Shown: in pieces, positions 1-20,351 of the stretch
Layout: every line of letters begins with the position of its first letter
Position numbering within the stretch: position 1 is the first letter of the stretch
Origin: Tubiluchus corallicola
Taxonomy: Eukaryota; Animalia; Priapulida
Direction: 5' to 3'
Assembly (NCBI GenBank): GCA_030141605.1
Contig: JAQGDQ010001935.1
Span: forward strand, 1 to 20,351
Length of the DNA: 20,351 nt
Made by a program: the position numbers and the translations under genes
The notes under the pieces: model-generated
Told to the model about the DNA's origin: nothing
Database searches by the model: none
What the model saw: only the letters and a program-made list of their open reading frames with translations

Positions 1-835
1 AGTGAGTGACAGCCTGCACTTACTGTGGCACAGTAACTCACATCAAGCTTGGCTCTCTTGTCTGTACACTCTTGTGAGTTACTTGGTGAGTTACTCTCGA
101 CACTTCTCGCAGTGAATAGAGAAGTGAGTGTCAGCCTGCACTTACTGTGGCAGAGTAACTCACAGCAAGTTTAGCTCTCTAGTCTGAACACTCTTGTGAG
201 TTACTTGGTGAGTTACTCTCGACACTTCTCGCAGTGAATAGAGAAGTGAGTGTCAGCCTGCACTTACTGTGGCAGAGTAACTCACATCAAGCTTGGCTCT
301 CTTGTCTGTACACTCTTGTGAGTTACTTGGTGAGTTACTCTCGGCACTTCTCACAGTGAATAGAGAAGTGAGTGTCAGCCTGCACTTACTGTGGCAGAGT
401 AACTCACATCAAGCTTGGCTCTCTTGTCTGTACACTCTTGTGAGTTACTTGGTGAGTTACTCTCGGCACTTCTCACAGTGAATAGAGAAGTGAGTGACAG
501 CCTGCACTTACTGTGGCACAGTAACTCACATCAAGCTTGGCTCTCTTGTCTGTACACTCTTGTGAGTTACTTGGTGAGTTACTCTCGGCACTTCTCACAG
601 TGAATAGAGAAGTGAGTGACAGCCTGCACTTACTGTCGAAGAGTAACTCACAGGAAGTTTAGCTCTTTAGTCTTAACACGCTTGTGAGTTACTTGCTGAG
701 TTACTGTCGACACTTCTCACAGTGAATGGGGAAGCGAGTGCCAGCCTTCGCTTACTCTCAGAGAGTAACTCACTGCAAGTTTCGCTCTTTAATCTGAACA
801 CTCTTGTAAGTTACTTTGCGAGAAAGCTCGTTAGT
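1..835. repeat. 122-bp tandem repeat, ~6.8 units in the window, degenerate at the right edge, continues off the left edge
   Basis: Near-identical blocks recur every 122 bp (the ORFs at 293 and 415 are offset by 122). Each unit has one AGTAACTCAC and two inverted GTGAGTTACT motifs. Confidence 0.95.
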
Positions 836-937
836 TTGAACGCGCCAAACGAAAATCAGAAACAGCAGTGTAGAAAGTACTGTGTTATTTCTGTTGATGG
901 GAGATTTTTTTCAAAGGTTCAACGTACGCAGGCCTAC

Positions 938-14854
<13,917 letters not shown>

Positions 14855-14880
14855 CTGCAAGGAAGAAACAAAGAGAGAAA

Positions 14881-15012
14881 TAATAATAATAATAATAATA
14901 ATAATCTTTTATTTATCTTTTAACACGCACAGTTACAATACAATTAATTTAGCAACAAAAATGTGAAGAAAGGGCAGCGAAAGACCAATTGGTCATCTAG
15001 TCAGCTGCCCTT
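14881..15012 (-). mobile_element. Probable 3' end of a 5'-truncated LINE (L2/CR1-group-like): stem-loop, AATAAA and (TTA)n tail
   Basis: Hairpin AAGGGCAGC..GACC AATT GGTC..GCTGCCCTT (~14970-15012); on the minus strand AATAAA precedes the (TTA)n run. Confidence 0.5.
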
Positions 15013-15769
15013 TGGTTAGTGATGAACATTTTTTAAAGGTGCTATGCTACAGTGTATTAGTGTTAGTACTGCTTATAATAAAAATTAAATTGTTAGGAAT
15101 GACATAAAATTGATAATGATATGCTTATAATGTGTTAGTACAATTCATACATAGTAATAATAAGTGCATAATAATAATAATAAAAAAATCAAACTGAAGA
15201 TAACTGAAATAAAAATCTGACATCAGGAACATAATAACAATGGCAACTGAAATTTACTTTATAACGATAGCATAATGTAAAAAAAAAATACAGAGCGATT
15301 TTTGATGATCTGAGACTGAGAAAGAGACTGAAATGTTTAACAAGAATAAAATCAGGCATCTGGTCAAGAACGGGGAATTTATTTTGGTTCCTAAATCTCG
15401 CTTTTCTCGTGTTTAGCTCAGAAAAGGTGGGAGAGTCGATGTATCAAACTAAATGTTTTATCTAAAGTTTGTTCTTGAAAGGTTTATTATTAGTGTTTGA
15501 TGTCCATTGCCTTGTCACCTGCATATATTTGTAAATGAAAGCAATAAACAAATGAGTTAAAACATCATGATGTACTTATTTACATTACTACTTCGTATAT
15601 AACGGTATAACAGAACAACATAATAACTTCACAACATGATATGTAAATAAAACCAAAATAGTGTTAGCCAACATCACGAAATTAACAATTCAATATATCA
15701 TGATGGGATTCTTTACTCCCGACGCACTAAGTGTCTTTATTACATGGCGAAAATATACGTGGCCCCTAT

Positions 15770-18700
15770 GCGTGGGGAAAACTAACTTCCCTTTAACTAC
15801 AGTTAGTACATACTTAAACGTGGGGGAAAACTAACTTCCCTTTAACTACAGTTAGTACACCTTAAACGTGGGGAAAAACTAACTTCCCTTTAACTACAGT
15901 TAGTACATACTTAAACGTGGGGAAAAACTAACTTCCCTTTAACTACAGTTAGTACACCTTAAACGTGGGGAAAAACTAACTTCCCTTTAACTACAGTTAG
16001 TACACCTTAACTTCTTTACGTGGGGAAAAACTAACTTCCCTTTAACTACAGTTAGTACATATTAAGTTTAGAGATAGCTTTGCCTCTAAACGTGGGGAAA
16101 CTTTACTTCCCTTTAACTACAGCTAGTACACATTAAGTTAAGAGATAGCTTTGCCTCTTTACGTGGGAAAACCAAACTTCCCTTTAACTACAGTTAGTAC
16201 ACACTAAGCTAAGAGATAGTTTTGCCTCTTTACATAGGGAAAAACTAACTTCCCTTTAACTGCAATTAGTACACATTAAGTTAAGAGATAGCTTTGCTTC
16301 TTTACGTGGGGAAAACTAACTTCCCTTTATCTACAGTAAGTACACATTTAGCTAAGAGATAGCTTTGCCTCTTTACATGAAGAAAAACTAACTTCCCTTT
16401 AACTACAATTAGTACACATTAAGTTAAGAGATAGCTTTGTCTTTTACACAGGGGAAAACTAACTTCCCTTTAACTACAGTTAGTACACACTAAGCTAAGT
16501 GATAGTTTTGCCTCTTTACATAGGGAAAAACTAACTTCCCTTTAACTACAATTAGTACACATTAAGCTAAGTGATAGCTTTGTCTCTTTACACAGGGGAA
16601 AACTAACTTCCCTTTAACTACAGTTAGTACACATTAAGCTAAGAGATGGCTTTGCCTCTTTACGTATGGAAAAACTACCTTCCCTTTAACTACAGTTAGT
16701 ACATATTAAGTTTAGAGATAGCTTTGCCTCTAAACGTGGGGAAACTTTACTTCCCTTTAACAACAGAGTGTACACACTAAGCTAAGAGATAGTTTTGCCT
16801 CTTTACATAGGGAAAAACTAACTTACCTTTAACTGCAATTAGTACACATTAAGTTAAGAGATAGCTTTGTCTCTTTACACAGGAGAAAACTAACTTCCCG
16901 TTAACTACAGTTAATACACACTAAGCTAAGTGATAGTTTTGCCTCTTTACATAGGGAAAAACTAACTTCCCTTTCACTACAGTTAGTACACATTAAGTTA
17001 AGAGATAGCTTTGCCTCTTTACTTGGGGAAAACTAACTTCCCTTTCACTACAGTTAGTACACACTAAGCTAAGTGATAGTTTTGCCTCTTTACATAGGGA
17101 AAAACTAACTTCCCTTTAACTACAATTAGTACACACTAAGCTAAGTGATAGCTTTGTCTCTTTACACAGGGGAAAACTAACTTCCCTTTAACTACAGTTA
17201 GTACACATTAAGCTAAGAGATGGCTTTGCCTCTTTACGTATGGAAAAACTACCTTCCCTTTAACTACAGTTAGTACATATTAAGTTTAGAGATAGCTTTG
17301 CCTCTAAACGTGGGGAAACTTTACTTCCCTTTAACTACAGCTAGTACACATTAAGTTAAGAGATAGCTTTGCCTCTTTACGTGGGGAAACCAAACTTCCC
17401 TTTAACTACAGTTAGTACACACAAAGCTAAGAGATAGTTTTGCCTCTTTACATAGGGAAAAACTAACTTCCCTTTAACTGCAATTAGTACACATTAAGTT
17501 AAGAGATAGCTTTGTCTCTTTACACAGGGGAAAACTAACTTCCCTTTAACTACAGTTAGTACACACTAAGCTAAGAGATAGTTTTGCCTCTTTACATAGG
17601 GAAAAACTAACTTCCCTTTAACTGCAATTAGTACACATTAAGCTAAGTGATAGCTTTGTCTCTTTACACACGGGAAAACTAACTTCCCTTTAACTACAGT
17701 TAGTACACATTAAGTTAAGAGATAGCTTTGTCTCTTTACACACGGGAAAACTAACTTCCCTTTAACTACAGTTAGTACACATTAAGTTAAGAGATAGCTT
17801 TGTCTCTTTACACAGGGGAAAACTAACTTCCCTTTAACTACAGTTAGTACACACTAAGCTAAGTGATAGCTTTGTCTCTTTACATAGGGAAAAACTAACT
17901 TCCCTTTAACTACAATTAGTACACATTAAGCTAAGAGATGGCTTTGCCTCTTTACGTATGGAAAAACTACCTTCCCTTTAACTACAGTTAGTACATATTA
18001 AGTTTAGAGATAGCTTTGCCTCTAAACGTGGGGAAACTTTACTTCCCTTTAACAACAGAGTGTACACACTAAGCTAAGAGATAGTTTTGCCTCTTTACAT
18101 AGGGAAAAACTAACTTCCCTTTAACTACAGTTAGTACATATTAAGTTTAGAGATAGCTTTGCCTCTAAACGTGGGGAAACTTTACTTCCCTTTAACAACA
18201 GAGTGTACACATTAAGCTAAGTGATAGCTTTGTCTCTTTACACAGGGGAAAACTAACTTCCCTTTAACTACAGTTAGTACACACTAAGCAAAGAGATAGT
18301 TTTGCCTCTTTACATAGGGAAAAACTAACTTCCCTTTAACTGCAATTAGTACACATTAAGTTAAGAGATAGCTTTGCTTCTTTACGTGGGGAAAAACTAA
18401 CTTCCCTTTAACTACAGTTAGTACATATTAAGTTTAGAGATAGCTTTGCCTCTAAACGTGGGGAAACTTTACTTCCCTTTAACTACAGCTAGTACACATT
18501 AAGTTAAGAGATAGCTTTGCCTCTTTACGTGGGGAAACCAAACTTCCCTTTAACTACAGTTAGTACACACTAAGCTAAGAGATAGTTTTGCCTCTTTACA
18601 TAGGGAAAAACTAACTTCCCTTTAACTGCAATTAGTACACATTAAGCTAAGTGATAGCTTTGTCTCTTTACACACGGGAAAACTAACTTCCCTTTAACTA

Positions 18701-20351
18701 CAATTAGTACACATTAAGTTAAGAGATAGCTTTGTCTCTTTACACAGGGGAAAACTAACTTCCCTTTAACTACAGTTAGTACACACTAAGCTAAGTGATA
18801 GTTTTGCCTCTTTACATAGGGAAAAACTAACTTCCCTTTAACTACAATTAGTACACATTAAGCTAAGTGATAGCTTTGTCTCTTTACACACGGGAACACT
18901 AACTTCCCTTTAACTACAGAGTGTACACACTAAGCTAAGAGATAGTTTTGCCTCTTTACATAGGGAAAAACTAACTTCCCTTTAACTGCAATTAGTACAC
19001 ATTAAGTTAAGAGATAGCTTTGCTTCTTTACGTGGGGAACACTAACTTCCCTTTATCTACAGTAAGTACACATTTAGTTAAGAGATAGCTTTACCTCTTT
19101 ACATGAAAAAAACTAACTTCCCTTTAACTACAATTAGTACACATTAAGTTAAGAGATAGCTTTGTCTCTTTACATAGGGAAAAACTAACTTCCCTTTAAC
19201 TACAATTAGTACACATTAAGCTAAGTGATAGCTTTGTTTCTTTACACAGGGGAAAACTAACTTCCCTTTAACTACAGTTAGTACATATTAAGTTTAGAGA
19301 TAGCTTTGCCTCTAAACGTGGGGAAACTTTACTTCACTTTAACTACAGTTAGTACACACTAAGCAAAGAGATAGTTTTGCCTCTCTACATAGGGAAAAAC
19401 TAACTTCCCTTTAACTGCAATTAGTACACATTAAGTTAAGAGATAGCTTTGCTTCTTTACGTGGGGAAAAACTAACTTCCCTTTAACTACAGTTAGTACA
19501 CATTTAGTTTAGAGATAGCTTTGCCTCTAAACGTGGGGAAACTTTACTTCCCTTTAACTACAGTTAGTACACATTAAGCTAAGAGATAGCTTTGCCTCTT
19601 TACACACGGGAAAACTAACTTCCCTTTAACTACAGTTAGTACACACTAAGCTAAGAGATAGTTTTGCCTCTTTACATAGGGAAAAACTAACTTCCCTTTA
19701 ACTGCAATTAGTACACATTAAGCTAAGTGATAGCTTTGTCTCTTTACACACGGGAAAACTAACTTCCCTTTAACTACAATTAGTACACATTAAGTTAAGA
19801 GATAGCTTTGTCTCTTTACACAGGGGAAAACTAACTTCCCTTTAACTACAGTTAGTACACACTAAGCTAAGTGATAGTTTTGCCTCTTTACATAGGGAAA
19901 AACTAACTTCCCTTTAACTACAATTAGTACACATTAAGCTAAGTGATAGCTTTGTCTCTTTACACACGGGAAAACTAACTTCCCTTTAACTACAGTTAGT
20001 ACACATTAAGTTAAGAGATAGCTTTGTCTCTTTACACAGGGGAAAACTAACTTCCCTTTAACTACAGTTAGTACACACTAAGCTAAGAGATAGTTTTGCC
20101 TCTTTACATAGGGAAAAACTAACTTCCCTTTAACTGCAATTAGTACACATTAAGTTAAGAGATAGCTTTGCTTCTTTACGTGGGGAACACTAACTTCCCT
20201 TTATCTACAGTAAGTACACATTTAGTTAAGAGATAGCTTTATCTCTTTACATGAAGAAATACTAACTTCCCTTTAACTACAATTAGTACACACTAAGTTA
20301 AGAGATGTAACTCTTTGTCTCTTTACACAGGGGAAAACTAGCTTCCCTTTA
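15770..20351. repeat. ~71-72-bp satellite array, >4.5 kb (about 60 units), preceded by ~5 truncated ~47-54-bp units; continues off the right edge
   Basis: Consensus ACGTGGGGAAAACTAACTTCCCTTTAACTACAGTTAGTACACATTAAGTTAAGAGATAGCTTTGCCTCTTT, with a small set of recurring variants and no unique spacers. Confidence 0.98.

Noticed and set aside
15770-20351. CRISPR-like array (constant core with variable intervening sequence)
   Set aside because: The variable parts are point variants of one sequence, not unique spacers; there are no cas genes and the context is a eukaryotic intron.

Overview
AT-rich, intron-rich eukaryotic (probably invertebrate animal) genomic DNA; nothing here looks prokaryotic. 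Eight minus-strand GT-AG exons (14710-14854, 12895-13106, 10029-10154, 8309-8431, 7500-7645, 4887-5025, 2669-2778, 938-1063; called A-H in transcript order) splice with consistent phases into one stop-free 1127-nt frame (~375 aa). This encodes an internal REJ-module segment of a polycystin-1-like (PKD1/PKD1L/REJ family) protein; the gene starts and ends outside the window. The introns hold four TIR elements (hAT, Tc2/pogo-like, piggyBac-like, deleted Tc1), a tRNA-derived SINE, an internally deleted RTE LINE carrying a structured 91-bp tandem array, several mini/microsatellites and a >4.5-kb ~71-bp satellite. The most unusual feature is a ~0.87-kb intragenic inverted duplication. Each arm holds one working exon plus an antisense copy of the other arm's exon, including an intact, amino-acid-diverged silent copy of exon G. 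Both splice junctions of exon D are also duplicated nearby. All calls were made by eye; no searches were run.
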